Source of the DNA: Alphaproteobacteria bacterium
GTDB lineage: Bacteria > Pseudomonadota > Alphaproteobacteria > Rickettsiales > JABIRX01
Length of the DNA stretch: 56,783 bases
Reading direction: 5' to 3'
NCBI GenBank assembly: GCA_018667735.1
Contig: JABIRX010000049.1
Span: 1-56,783, forward strand
Shown one piece after another: positions 45,256 through 55,689 of this stretch. How positions within the stretch are numbered: position 1 is the stretch's first letter; every line of letters begins with the position of its first letter. Under the pieces are notes generated by a model. The model saw nothing but the letters and a program-made list of their open reading frames with translations. It did no database searches and was not told where the DNA came from. The translations under genes were made by a program, and so were the position numbers.

Positions 45256-47025
45256 ATGGAACAACCAAATTACAAAGATAATTTTTACCTCAGCAAAAGA
45301 CTGTTCAAAGAATATGTCTTGCCGCACAAGATTAGGTTCTTTTTCTCTATTTTTTTAATGATCATAGTAGCGGCGACCACAGCAGGTCATGCTTATATGG
45401 TAAAACCCGCTTTAGATGAAGTATTTGTAAAGCAAAATACGGCTCTTTTAGTTGTAATACCAGTTGTAATTATGTTGATTACTATTGTTAAAGCACTATC
45501 TAGTTATTTCCAATTGCTCATTATGAGCTATATCAATCTAGATATAACGGCAAGTCTTAGGAATGTGCTTTATCGCCACTTTGTTTATTGTGATATTTCT
45601 ACTTTAAACCGCACCTCATCTGGTGAAATGATCTCGAGAATAATGATGGATATTAACAGAATAACAGGTGGTATTTCAACTTTTGTGAATGGCTTTTTTA
45701 AGCAGTTAATTACCTTGGTGGCTCTTGTAGGGGTTATGTTTTATCAAAGTTTAGAGCTTGCTTTGATTGCTTTTATTGGCTTTCCATTAGCTGTCTATCC
45801 AGTTTATTTAATTGGTAAGAAACTAAGACATTTATCTTTTGGTGACCAGGCTATGGCGCAAAAATTTATTTCGCAAATGGATGATAGTTTGCAGTATGGC
45901 AAGCTAGTAAAAGCATATAATTGTGAAGAATTTGAAGCAAAGAGAATGTCCAATATCATTTTTGGTATTACTAAATTGGGTAGAAAAATATCAAGATTGT
46001 CGCTTATTTCTTCACCATTTGTTGAGATGCTAGGTGGTGTTGGTGTGGCTGCAGTAATTTGGTATGGTGGTTTTCAAGTTTTAAATGGCGAAACTACGCC
46101 AGGTGCATTTTTCTCATTTTTTACAGCCATGATGATGGCTTATAAGCCTTTAAAATCTGTATCTGGTATGAATAGTGGTATTCAATTAGGTCTTGGTGCT
46201 ACAGAAAGATATTTTGAAGAAATAGATAAAAAGCCAGCTATTACTGATAAAAAAAATGCTAAAAAATTAAAAGACCCTAAAGGTAATATAAAATTCGAAA
46301 ATGTTATATTTAATTACACAAAAGACAGAACAGCACTAAATAGTATTAATTTAGAAGTTAAGCCAGGAGAAATGGTTGCATTAGTCGGTCCTTCTGGTGG
46401 AGGTAAGTCAACTATTATGAGTATGATGCTTAGATTTTATGACCCTAAATCAGGTAAAATTAGTTTAGATGGACATAATTTAAAGAATATTAGTCTAAAG
46501 TCACTTAGAAGCGCAATGTCTGTAGTAAATCAAGAGGTAATGCTTTTTGATGATACAATTTTAGAAAATATTAGATATGGAAATTCTGGAGCAACAGAAA
46601 AAGAGATAGAAGAAGCCGCTAAAATAGCAGAGGCACATGAATTTATTAATGAGTTGCCAGATAAATATCATAGTTTAGTTGGGCAAAATGGTATTATGTT
46701 GTCTGGCGGGCAGCGACAAAGAATAGCAATTGCCAGAGCTGTATTATATAATTCGCCAATATTATTATTAGATGAAGCAACTTCGGCTTTAGATCCTATT
46801 TCTGAGCATTTAGTTAAAAATGCTTTGCAAAAATTAATGAAAGGTAAAACCACTATTGTCATAGCGCACCGCTTGTCAACTGTGATGCATGCTAATAAAA
46901 TTTGTGTGGTTATGAATGGTGAAATTACAGAAGAGGGAACGCATAAAGAATTAATTGAGAAAAAGGGAGATTATGCTAATTTATATGAGAAGCAATTTGC
47001 ATTAGTAACAGACCTTGATAATTAA
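45256..47025 (+). CDS. MsbA-like ABC exporter (TMD-NBD half transporter)
   Basis: 589 aa with six N-terminal TM helices. Walker A is GPSGGGKST, the signature is LSGGQRQRIAIARA, and Walker B is ILLLDEATSALD. Confidence 0.88.
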   Translation: MEQPNYKDNFYLSKRLFKEYVLPHKIRFFFSIFLMIIVAATTAGHAYMVKPALDEVFVKQNTALLVVIPVVIMLITIVKALSSYFQLLIMSYINLDITASLRNVLYRHFVYCDISTLNRTSSGEMISRIMMDINRITGGISTFVNGFFKQLITLVALVGVMFYQSLELALIAFIGFPLAVYPVYLIGKKLRHLSFGDQAMAQKFISQMDDSLQYGKLVKAYNCEEFEAKRMSNIIFGITKLGRKISRLSLISSPFVEMLGGVGVAAVIWYGGFQVLNGETTPGAFFSFFTAMMMAYKPLKSVSGMNSGIQLGLGATERYFEEIDKKPAITDKKNAKKLKDPKGNIKFENVIFNYTKDRTALNSINLEVKPGEMVALVGPSGGGKSTIMSMMLRFYDPKSGKISLDGHNLKNISLKSLRSAMSVVNQEVMLFDDTILENIRYGNSGATEKEIEEAAKIAEAHEFINELPDKYHSLVGQNGIMLSGGQRQRIAIARAVLYNSPILLLDEATSALDPISEHLVKNALQKLMKGKTTIVIAHRLSTVMHANKICVVMNGEITEEGTHKELIEKKGDYANLYEKQFALVTDLDN

Positions 47026-47039
47026 CTTTTAAATTTTTT

Positions 47040-47930
47040 ATGAAAGCAATAATATTAGCAGGGGGAAGCGGTTCCAGATTGGCTCCCTTAACCAACATCA
47101 CAAGTAAACAAGTATTACCAGTTTATGATAAGCCAATGATATATTACCCCTTAAGTAATATAATCAATGTTGGTATTAAAGATATTTTAATTATTAGTAC
47201 GCCAGAAGATACGCCAAGAATTAGAGAGTTACTTGGTGATGGTAGTGCTATAGGCGTAAATATAAGCTATAAAATACAAGATAGGCCTAATGGCATTGCA
47301 GAAGCGTTTATAATTGGCGCCGATTTTATTGGGAATGATAATGTTAGTTTGATTTTAGGTGATAATATTTTTTATGGCAGCGAAGTGAGCGGTAAAGAAG
47401 TTGATCACAAATTTAAGTCAGCTAGCCAAAATGTGGATGGCGCTTATGTTATTGCTTATCAAGTGTCAGACCCTGAGCGCTATGGTGTGGTGGAATTGGA
47501 TAATAATAATATGGCATTGTCGATTGAAGAGAAACCAGCTAAAGCTAAATCAAATTTTGCAGTTACTGGTTGGTATTTTTATGATAATCAAGTAGTTGAT
47601 ATCGCAAAAAATATTAAGCCATCAGATAGGGGGGAATTGGAGATTACAGATATTAATAATCATTATTTAAAAGCCCAAAAATTAAAAGTTATTACTTTGA
47701 ATCGTGGTTTTGCTTGGCTTGATGCTGGCACGCATAATTCGCTTTATCAGGCTTCACAATTTATTGAAGTGGTAGAAAATCGTCAGGCTATAAAAATAGG
47801 TTGTATAGAAGAAGTGGCATTTAATAGGGGCTTTATTAATTTGGCTCAATTAGAAGAGTTAGCAAATAAATTCAAAATAGGTAATAGCTACGGAGATTAC
47901 TTAAGAAAGGTAATTTTGTTAAATAGTTAA
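47040..47930 (+). CDS. rfbA: glucose-1-phosphate thymidylyltransferase
   Basis: 296 aa. Motifs: KAIILAGGSGSRLAPLT, KQVLPVYDKPMIYYPLS, YGVVE, and WLDAGTH. Confidence 0.92.
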   Translation: MKAIILAGGSGSRLAPLTNITSKQVLPVYDKPMIYYPLSNIINVGIKDILIISTPEDTPRIRELLGDGSAIGVNISYKIQDRPNGIAEAFIIGADFIGNDNVSLILGDNIFYGSEVSGKEVDHKFKSASQNVDGAYVIAYQVSDPERYGVVELDNNNMALSIEEKPAKAKSNFAVTGWYFYDNQVVDIAKNIKPSDRGELEITDINNHYLKAQKLKVITLNRGFAWLDAGTHNSLYQASQFIEVVENRQAIKIGCIEEVAFNRGFINLAQLEELANKFKIGNSYGDYLRKVILLNS

Positions 47931-47933
47931 ATT

Positions 47934-48485
47934 ATGTTAAAAGTTGAAGATTGCTTTATTCCAGATTTAAAAATTATCAAATTAGCAAAATATGGTGATG
48001 ATAGAGGTTTTTTTATTGAGAGATTTAAATTAGCAGATTTTAAGAAACATCATTTACCTACAAATTTTGTACAAGATAATCACTCTAGATCAGAAAAAAA
48101 TGTAGTTAGAGGTTTACATTATCAGTTTGCACCCGCTCAAGGTAAGTTGGTTGGTTGCACTAAAGGTGAAGTTTTTGATGTAGCCGTAGATTTAAGGGTT
48201 AATTCTAAAACTTTTGGCAAATGGTTTGGCCTTAATTTAGATCAACAAACTTTGCTATGGATTCCAGCTGGATTTGCGCATGGCTTTTGTGCTATATCAG
48301 ATGAACCAGCTGATTTATATTATAAAATCACTGGCGGGGAATATAACCCAGAAGGAGAGGGCGGAATTATGTGGAATGACCCAGAGATAAATATAAACTG
48401 GCCTGTTGCTGATGCGCAAATTTCCAAGCGTGATAAAAAACAACAGACTTTACAAGAATATATAAAAAATCCAGTATTTTTTTAA
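47934..48485 (+). CDS. rfbC: dTDP-4-dehydrorhamnose 3,5-epimerase
   Basis: 183 aa with cupin motifs DDRGFFIE, RGLHYQ, GKLVGCTKGEVFDVAVDLR and PAGFAHGF. Confidence 0.92.
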   Translation: MLKVEDCFIPDLKIIKLAKYGDDRGFFIERFKLADFKKHHLPTNFVQDNHSRSEKNVVRGLHYQFAPAQGKLVGCTKGEVFDVAVDLRVNSKTFGKWFGLNLDQQTLLWIPAGFAHGFCAISDEPADLYYKITGGEYNPEGEGGIMWNDPEININWPVADAQISKRDKKQQTLQEYIKNPVFF

Positions 48486-48505
48486 AAATAATAAGTAACT
48501 AAATT

Positions 48506-49489
48506 ATGCAAAAAACACAAAATTTATTAGTTACCGGTGGAGCCGGTTTTATTGGCAGCTCATTTGTGGCGCAGCAAGCTAAATTGGGTAATAAAGTAAT
48601 TATTTTAGATAAATTAACTTATGCTGGTAAAAAAGAGAATATCAATTGGATAAATGGAGATTATGAATTAGTGGTAGCTGACATTAATGAACAAAAATTA
48701 GTTGAGGAATTATTATTTACTCATAAAATTGATAAATTAGTACATTTTGCCGCGGAAAGCCATGTAGATAATTCAATAGAAAATCCAACTGAATTTATAG
48801 AAACTAATATTAATGGCACATTTTCTTTGCTTGCAGCTAGTTTGAGATATTTTAAGGAAAATAATAAATTTCATTTTCATCATATATCTACAGATGAAGT
48901 GTTTGGTGATTTGCCTTTAAATGATGGAAGTAAATTTTCTGAATTAACCGCTTATAATCCTTCATCACCATATTCTTCTTCTAAGGCAGCAAGTGATCAT
49001 TTAGTTAGAAGTTATTTTAGAACTTATAATTTACCTATAACTATTAGTAATTGCAGTAATAATTATGGTGAAAGGCAGCATGAAGAAAAATTAATTCCAA
49101 CTATAATAAGGAAAGCAGTTAATGGTCTTGATATTCCAATTTACGGCGATGGTAAGAATGTTAGAGATTGGATACATGTAGATGATCACAATAGGGCGGT
49201 ACATTTGATTTTAAACCAAGGTAAAATAGGTGAGACTTATTGCATTGGAGGTAATTGCGAATTAAATAATAATGAAGTTGTAAATATAATTTGTGAAACT
49301 TTAGATGAAAATTATCCTAAAAAAGATGGTTTATCCTACAAAAAGCAAATTACTTATGTAACAGACCGTAAAGGGCATGATCTTAGATATGCAATTAATT
49401 CAAATAAAATTGAGCAAGAGCTAGGTTTTGAGTTGCAGATAAATTTTCGTCAAGGTATTTTAAGGTTAATTAAAGATATTTTAGCTTAA
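48506..49489 (+). CDS. rfbB: dTDP-glucose 4,6-dehydratase
   Basis: 327 aa. Motifs: VTGGAGFIGS, FAAESHVDNS, ISTDEVFG, and YSSSKAASDHL. Confidence 0.92.
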   Translation: MQKTQNLLVTGGAGFIGSSFVAQQAKLGNKVIILDKLTYAGKKENINWINGDYELVVADINEQKLVEELLFTHKIDKLVHFAAESHVDNSIENPTEFIETNINGTFSLLAASLRYFKENNKFHFHHISTDEVFGDLPLNDGSKFSELTAYNPSSPYSSSKAASDHLVRSYFRTYNLPITISNCSNNYGERQHEEKLIPTIIRKAVNGLDIPIYGDGKNVRDWIHVDDHNRAVHLILNQGKIGETYCIGGNCELNNNEVVNIICETLDENYPKKDGLSYKKQITYVTDRKGHDLRYAINSNKIEQELGFELQINFRQGILRLIKDILA

Positions 49490-50382
49490 TGGCAGCACTT
49501 ACCTTTATATTTGTTACATATAATAGTGAGCAAATCATTGACCTAGCTTTAAGTAAAATTGATCAAGAAAAATATAAAGTTATTATTTCAGATAATGGTA
49601 GTACAGATAATACTATAGCAATTATTAAACAGAAATATCCAAATATTACTTTAATTGAAAATAAAAAAAACATAGGTTTTGCAAGAGCAAACAATATTGC
49701 TTTTAAGCAAGTAAAAACAGATTTATTTGCCCTAATAAATCCTGATTGTTTTATTGATAATAATTCAATTTTAGAGTTAATAAAAGTAATTAATTTAGAT
49801 GAAAATATTGCCCTTGCTGGGGCTAGAGCTTATGGCGCTAAATTAAATAATAAATATGATATTGCTAATGTAGAAGCCGATTTAATAGCTGAAAAAAATT
49901 ATATTGGAGAAGAGAAATTATATTTTGTGGCTAAATTTATCAGTGGCTGCTTTATGCTCGGCAAAACTAATATTTTTAGGGAAATTGGTTTGTTTGATGA
50001 TGGTTTCTTTTTATATTGTGAAGATAATGAATTATGTAAAAGGATGAATAAAGAAAATTATAAAATTATAGTAGTTAAAAACTCTAAGCAAATTCACTTA
50101 AGTGGAAATTCAACCAAGGAAATAGATAGTAGTATGAACAAAGCTATTAATTGGCATAGATTTGGCTATAGTAAATGTTATTATAGTGAGTGTGTACATA
50201 ATAAATTTATAGCAAAATTCAATGCTGCTAAAAATATTATTAGAATTATGATTATTTTTATAGTTAAATTATTTAATTTTAGAAAATTAACTAATAAGGA
50301 AAAGGCAGTAATTAGTGGCTCTTTTGCTTATTTAATGGGCAAGTCTGCTTTTGATAATAATGGTAATGGAAGAAAGTTTTAA
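49489..50382 (+). CDS. family-2 glycosyltransferase (rhamnosyltransferase-like), paralog 1
   Basis: 297 aa. Motifs: FIFVTYNSEQ, DNGSTDNT, NIGFARANNIAF, LINPDCF, and LYCEDNELC. The start overlaps the rfbB stop. Confidence 0.8.
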   Translation: MAALTFIFVTYNSEQIIDLALSKIDQEKYKVIISDNGSTDNTIAIIKQKYPNITLIENKKNIGFARANNIAFKQVKTDLFALINPDCFIDNNSILELIKVINLDENIALAGARAYGAKLNNKYDIANVEADLIAEKNYIGEEKLYFVAKFISGCFMLGKTNIFREIGLFDDGFFLYCEDNELCKRMNKENYKIIVVKNSKQIHLSGNSTKEIDSSMNKAINWHRFGYSKCYYSECVHNKFIAKFNAAKNIIRIMIIFIVKLFNFRKLTNKEKAVISGSFAYLMGKSAFDNNGNGRKF

Positions 50383-50383
50383 A

Positions 50384-52093
50384 ATGAAAAACATCATAAT
50401 TTTTGGTAAAAATGGTCAAGTTGCAACAGAGCTTCGCTTAATCTTAGCGCAGCAAAAAGAATTTTCTTTTAATTATTATTCTAGTAAAGAGTTTGATTTT
50501 GCAGATCTTGGATCACTAAAGCATAAATTAAAAAATTTAGCACCAGCTGATTATATTATAAATGCTACCGCCTATAATGAAGTTGATAAAGCAGAAGAGG
50601 AGCAAGAAAGAGCAAATAATATTAATCATCTAGCAGTAAAGTTGTTAGCAGAATATTGTAAAGAGCACAATATAAGGTTAATACATTATTCAACAAATTA
50701 TGTCTTTGATGGTGAGGGTAATAAGCCTTACAAAGAAACTAATAACAAAAATCTTAAACCATTATCATATTATGGGAAAAGCAAATTATTAGGAGAGCAA
50801 GCAATAGAAAAGTCAAAATGTGCTTATTTGATTTTTCGTGTAGCTACGGTTTTTAATCTTAATAAGGAAAATAATTTTGTCGCTAAAATTAGAAAATTAG
50901 CAGAAAGTAGAAAAGAGCTAAAAATAGTAAATGACCAAATTACCAATCCAACCAATAGCTATGATATTGCATTTAATACATTTGAAATAATAAAAAAGAT
51001 TGAAGAGCAAAGCAAATTTAAATCAGCTATATATCATTTAGCAAATAAAAACTTTTATTCTTACTGTGAATTAAGTAAAAAGATTATCTCTAAAGAGAAT
51101 TTAAAAATAATTCCAGTTACAAGTAGTGAATTTAAAACGAAAGCAGCAAGACCTTTGAATGGCGCTTTGGATAGTGGTAAAATAAAAAAAGATTTTGCAA
51201 TTGAGATAACTGATAATTACAAGCAACTTACTGTAATTATAGTAACTTATAAAAGCGCTCATATTGTAATAGATGCTTTGCAACATATAATTAAACAAGG
51301 TTATAGAATTATTATTGTTGATAATGGTAGTAAAGATAATATTGAAGATGTTTTGGATAAAAACTGCAAATCTAGTAATATCGAATTGATAAAATTAAAA
51401 TATAATATTGGTTTTGGTAGAGCAAATAATTTAGCTTTGGAGAGGGTTAATACAAAATATGCATTTTTGCTAAACCCTGATGCAATAATGATGCCACATT
51501 CTCTTGATTTAATGGTAAAAATAGCAGAGCAGAAGCAAAATATTGCGCTGCTTAACCCTATATTTACTAATGAAAACTTGATTGGTAAAAATAATAATAA
51601 TGAGTCATTAGAAATAGAAAAAAAATCATATTTGTGTGGTGGGGCTATGTTAATGAATATGAATATATACAGAAATATAGGTTTTTTTGACAGTAAAATT
51701 TTCTTATATGGAGAAGATGATCAAATATCTGCTCTTGCATTAAATAATGGTTTTGAGAACGCAATTTCTAAATATTCATTTTGTTATCATGCAAACCAAC
51801 ATTCAGTAGCGACTAAGAATGTTTTTGAAGATTATAAATTATTGTTTTTTAGATATTGGCATCAGGGTTGGGGTAAAACTTATTTAAAAAGGCAGAAAAA
51901 AAATATAATTAAAATTTGGCTAAAAATTTTACACCGCTTTGCTTTAAGCATATTATATTTATTTAAGCTACAACCAAAGCAAGCTGTTATTAGATTAGCT
52001 ATAGCAATTGGCTCAATAGCAAATTTATTAGGTAGAGATTGTTTTTCCAAAGAAGCAAAAATAACAGAGATTGAGAAAGTTAAATATTTTTGA
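50384..52093 (+). CDS. fusion protein: dTDP-4-dehydrorhamnose reductase (RfbD) N-terminal half + family-2 glycosyltransferase C-terminal half
   Basis: I take the start at ATG 50384 (MKNIIIFGKNGQVATEL). RfbD motifs are YSTNYVFDG and YGKSKLLGE. From about 51225 onward it reads LTVIIVTYKSAHI, VDNGSKDN, NIGFGRANN, LLNPDA and LYGEDD in the same frame. Confidence 0.8.
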   Translation: MKNIIIFGKNGQVATELRLILAQQKEFSFNYYSSKEFDFADLGSLKHKLKNLAPADYIINATAYNEVDKAEEEQERANNINHLAVKLLAEYCKEHNIRLIHYSTNYVFDGEGNKPYKETNNKNLKPLSYYGKSKLLGEQAIEKSKCAYLIFRVATVFNLNKENNFVAKIRKLAESRKELKIVNDQITNPTNSYDIAFNTFEIIKKIEEQSKFKSAIYHLANKNFYSYCELSKKIISKENLKIIPVTSSEFKTKAARPLNGALDSGKIKKDFAIEITDNYKQLTVIIVTYKSAHIVIDALQHIIKQGYRIIIVDNGSKDNIEDVLDKNCKSSNIELIKLKYNIGFGRANNLALERVNTKYAFLLNPDAIMMPHSLDLMVKIAEQKQNIALLNPIFTNENLIGKNNNNESLEIEKKSYLCGGAMLMNMNIYRNIGFFDSKIFLYGEDDQISALALNNGFENAISKYSFCYHANQHSVATKNVFEDYKLLFFRYWHQGWGKTYLKRQKKNIIKIWLKILHRFALSILYLFKLQPKQAVIRLAIAIGSIANLLGRDCFSKEAKITEIEKVKYF

Positions 52094-52376
52094 AGATTTG
52101 CTAAGTAGCACATTATAATTAGAATTTAAAAGAAAAGGATATATTTTGCATAATAATACAAAGGGAAGAGGCTGTTTATTAATAAAATACATAATTGACA
52201 ATTTATAATTAAAAACAAAAAAACATTGAATTATAAAAAGCTTATTTGATAACTTTTTTGCTAAAGCAGTGTATAGCTTTTTCACAGATAAGTGTAAAAC
52301 TAAAAGATTATTTTAGTATAATTTTATAATCTTGTATATAATTAATAAAGCATTAAAATGTAATTTTTATCAAATT

Positions 52377-53558
52377 ATGAAATTATTTACATCAGAATCT
52401 GTGTCCAGAGGACATCCAGATAAAATAGCAGATCAAATCTCAGACTTAGTATTAGATTATTTTTTAGCTAAAGATAGTGAGGCAAGAGTTGCAGCTGAAA
52501 CTTTAGTTACACCTCATAAAGTAGTGGTTGCAGGGGAAATAAGAGCGAATTTTACTCCAAGTCATGAAGAATTGGAAAGTGAAATTAGAGCTTTAATAGC
52601 TGATATAGGTTATATTAAAGGTAAATTCTCAGCAAAAAATATAGGAATTGAGTTTTTGTTAAATGAGCAATCAGCAGATATAGCAATAGGTGTAGATGCG
52701 GGTGATCGAATTAGTGAGGGTGCAGGTGATCAGGGCATAATGTTTGGTTATGCAACTAATGAAACCGCAGAATATATGCCTGCTGCGATAATTTTTGCGC
52801 ATAAAATTTTAGAAAATATTTATACTGAGAAAGCAAAGAACACTATAATTGGTTTTGGCCCTGATGCAAAAAGTCAAGTAACCTTAGCTTATGATAATAA
52901 TGGTAAAATAAGTTATGTTGATACTATATTACTTTCAATACAGCATGCAGAAAGCATCTCCCAAGATGATATAGTTAGGCAAATAAAGCCAATTATTTAT
53001 AAATCTGTGCCTAAAAACTTAATTACTAGTGAAACAAAATTTTTATTTAATCCAACTGGTAAATTTGTTATTGGTGGGCCTGAAAGTGATGTTGGTCTTA
53101 CTGGAAGAAAAATTATAGTCGATACTTATGGAGGTGCGGCACCGCATGGTGGTGGAGCTTTTTCAGGGAAAGACCCAACTAAGGTGGATAGATCAGCAGC
53201 TTATATTGCGAGATATTTAGCTAAAAATATTGTTGCAAGTAAATTAGCGGATAAATGCTTAATTCAATTATCATATGCTATTGGTGTAGCTGAGCCAGTT
53301 TCAATTTATGTTGACACTTACGGTACAGGCAAAATTTCAGATCAAAAAATTGTGGAATTAATAAAACAAAAAATAGATTTAACCCCAAAAGCTATTAGAG
53401 AAAAGCTAAATTTAAACCAAGCTATTTATTTGCAATCTGCTAGTTATGGCCATTTTGGTAGAAATTATAATGCTAATAATGGAGCTTTCGCTTGGGAAAA
53501 AACAGATTTATTTGAAACTTCAAACATAGTTGAGCATTATAAAAGCTCTGTTGCTTAA
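52377..53558 (+). CDS. metK: S-adenosylmethionine synthetase
   Basis: 393 aa from ATG 52377 (MKLFTSESVSRGHPDKIADQISD). Motifs: GAGDQGIMFGYA, DTYGG and GGGAFSGKDPTKVDRS. The track ORF starts at an upstream TTG. Confidence 0.93.
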   Translation: MKLFTSESVSRGHPDKIADQISDLVLDYFLAKDSEARVAAETLVTPHKVVVAGEIRANFTPSHEELESEIRALIADIGYIKGKFSAKNIGIEFLLNEQSADIAIGVDAGDRISEGAGDQGIMFGYATNETAEYMPAAIIFAHKILENIYTEKAKNTIIGFGPDAKSQVTLAYDNNGKISYVDTILLSIQHAESISQDDIVRQIKPIIYKSVPKNLITSETKFLFNPTGKFVIGGPESDVGLTGRKIIVDTYGGAAPHGGGAFSGKDPTKVDRSAAYIARYLAKNIVASKLADKCLIQLSYAIGVAEPVSIYVDTYGTGKISDQKIVELIKQKIDLTPKAIREKLNLNQAIYLQSASYGHFGRNYNANNGAFAWEKTDLFETSNIVEHYKSSVA

Positions 53559-53578
53559 TTTTATAAATAAAAATAAAG

Positions 53579-54637
53579 ATGCACAAAAAGAAAGTCATAT
53601 TTAATCTTGTACAAAGCAATATTAATGGTGGTCTTGAAAATATGTATTTAGACTATAGCAAAATTATAGCTAAGAAATATGAACTTATATGTTTAGTATC
53701 TAAAAACTTTGTGCATATTAAAGAATTAAAGCAGCAAAATATAAAATATGAAATCTTAAATATTAAAGGTCATTTTGATTTTTTCGCTTTTGTTAAATTC
53801 GCTTTTTTAGTTAGAAAATATCAGCCTAAATTAATATTTGCGCATAATGGTAGATGTTTTGCTTTATTAAATTTATATAAATTACTAATAAGAAAAGCTT
53901 CATTTAAAACTATTGCAGTTAGTCATGGTGGCAACCCTAAAAGACTAATCAATTTTGATTATATCATAACTGTAGCACAGCATTTAAAAGCTAAGATAAT
54001 TAAAAAATACCCACATATAAATCATGAGAAGATTAAAGTTATTTATAATGGAATTTCGCTAGGTAAAATAACTTTTAAAAATCAAATTGTTAATCAAAAT
54101 AAAGATGTCATATTTGGCACATTATCGAGGTTATCAGCAGAAAAAAACATTATAACGGCTATTAAAGCTTTTGCCCTATTTTCTAAAAAAGTGAGCAAAT
54201 CTAAATTATTAATTGCAGGAGAGGGGCCCGAAGATGCTTACTTAAAAAATTATGTAACTAGGCATAATTTAGGAGATAAGATAGTATTTCTTGGTCATCA
54301 GGAAAATATCAAAAAGTTTTTTCAGCAAATAGATGTTCTAGTTCACTCCTCTAATAAGGAGGCATTTGGCCTAGTTATATTGGAAGCATTTCAACATAAT
54401 AAGTTTGTGATAAGCTCAAATGTTGGTGGGTTAAAAGAGATTATAGAGCATAAATATAATGGCTTTTTATATAATGATTCTAAATCATTTGTTAGTTTAC
54501 ATAATGAAATGCTTAGATGCTATGATTTAAGCTTTGAGGCTAGAAATAATGTTATTAAAAATGCTAAAAAAACCTTAGAAGAAAATTTCTCTTTAAAGAT
54601 AGTTGAGGAGAATTTGTTAACTCTTTTACACAAGTAG
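53579..54637 (+). CDS. GT4 (GT1-fold) glycosyltransferase
   Basis: 352 aa with the C-terminal EX7E-type motif EAFGLVILEAFQHNKFVISSNVGGLKEII. Confidence 0.8.
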   Translation: MHKKKVIFNLVQSNINGGLENMYLDYSKIIAKKYELICLVSKNFVHIKELKQQNIKYEILNIKGHFDFFAFVKFAFLVRKYQPKLIFAHNGRCFALLNLYKLLIRKASFKTIAVSHGGNPKRLINFDYIITVAQHLKAKIIKKYPHINHEKIKVIYNGISLGKITFKNQIVNQNKDVIFGTLSRLSAEKNIITAIKAFALFSKKVSKSKLLIAGEGPEDAYLKNYVTRHNLGDKIVFLGHQENIKKFFQQIDVLVHSSNKEAFGLVILEAFQHNKFVISSNVGGLKEIIEHKYNGFLYNDSKSFVSLHNEMLRCYDLSFEARNNVIKNAKKTLEENFSLKIVEENLLTLLHK

Positions 54638-54720
54638 AAAAATGGAATTGGTAGCTTGAAATAATAGTTGGTTATTGAAGTTTCTTAATTTATACTGTTT
54701 TCAATTATTCACTTTTTTAT

Positions 54721-55668
54721 ATGCTAAAAGACCAGCTCAAAAGAAAGCTAGTTATGACAATTCTTGCTCGTAACGAGGAGGACATAATAGATCAGCATAT
54801 TAAATTTCATTTGAGTCATGGTGTAGATTTTTTTATTGCAACTGATAATGGCTCTACCGATAAAACAAAAGATATCTTTTTGAAGTATCAGGAGAAAGGC
54901 GTACTACATTTAATAGAAGAAAAAGATCATAATTACAATCAGGATAAATGGGTTGATAAAATGATTAAAATTGCTAGAAAGCAATATGATGCTGACTGGA
55001 TTATTAATTCTGATGCTGATGAGTTTTGGTATTCAGATTCAGGAAATCTAAAATTAGCATTACCTTATATTGATAATACTAAGGTTTTATTTGTATGTGC
55101 TCTACATTCTGATCCTGTCGATTATGAAGGGGAATTTAAAATACCCAAATATATTTCCGGTAAAGCCTCAGGACCTTTTAAATGTATGTTTGCAGCAAAA
55201 GGATATAAAAAAATTTATAAAGGTAATCATAATGTAAAAATGTTTCCATTTTTTCGTAAAGCTAAAATATCCACTCAGATTACTATATTTCACTTTTCAG
55301 TCAGGTCATATAATCATTATAAGAAAAAGATTATAAATGGGGCGCAAGCATTAGAGAGGAACCCTAGATTTAACTATACTATTGGAGCGCATATTAGGCA
55401 AGCATATGAAGAGTATAAGAAGGGTAATTTAAGAAAAACATATGATGAAATCAAACAGAAAAATACTGAATGCCTAAGTTACATAAAACAAGATTCAAGA
55501 TTGTCTGATTACGTTGTAAATGGTTACAAATCAATGAATTCGTCTTTATATCAGCGAGACTTTTATAATGGTAAAGCTGCTAAAACTTATAGTGGTAAAA
55601 CAGTGTTGCATAAAATTAGATCAAGACTAAAGAAATACCAAAATTATGTATCTAAATTTTTTAAATAA
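54721..55668 (+). CDS. GT-A-fold glycosyltransferase-like protein
   Basis: 315 aa. Motifs: MTILARNEEDII, ATDNGSTDKT, and the DxD-like NSDADEFW. Confidence 0.55.
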   Translation: MLKDQLKRKLVMTILARNEEDIIDQHIKFHLSHGVDFFIATDNGSTDKTKDIFLKYQEKGVLHLIEEKDHNYNQDKWVDKMIKIARKQYDADWIINSDADEFWYSDSGNLKLALPYIDNTKVLFVCALHSDPVDYEGEFKIPKYISGKASGPFKCMFAAKGYKKIYKGNHNVKMFPFFRKAKISTQITIFHFSVRSYNHYKKKIINGAQALERNPRFNYTIGAHIRQAYEEYKKGNLRKTYDEIKQKNTECLSYIKQDSRLSDYVVNGYKSMNSSLYQRDFYNGKAAKTYSGKTVLHKIRSRLKKYQNYVSKFFK

Positions 55669-55689
55669 TAAATATTTGTACGATTATCT

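Noticed and set aside
51880-52285. 77-aa and 85-aa minus-strand ORFs at the end of the RfbD-GT2 fusion and in the metK leader.
   Set aside because: Both give low-complexity hydrophobic translations. The first is antisense to the GT2 C-terminus. The second has no RBS and lies in a region better explained as metK 5' UTR.
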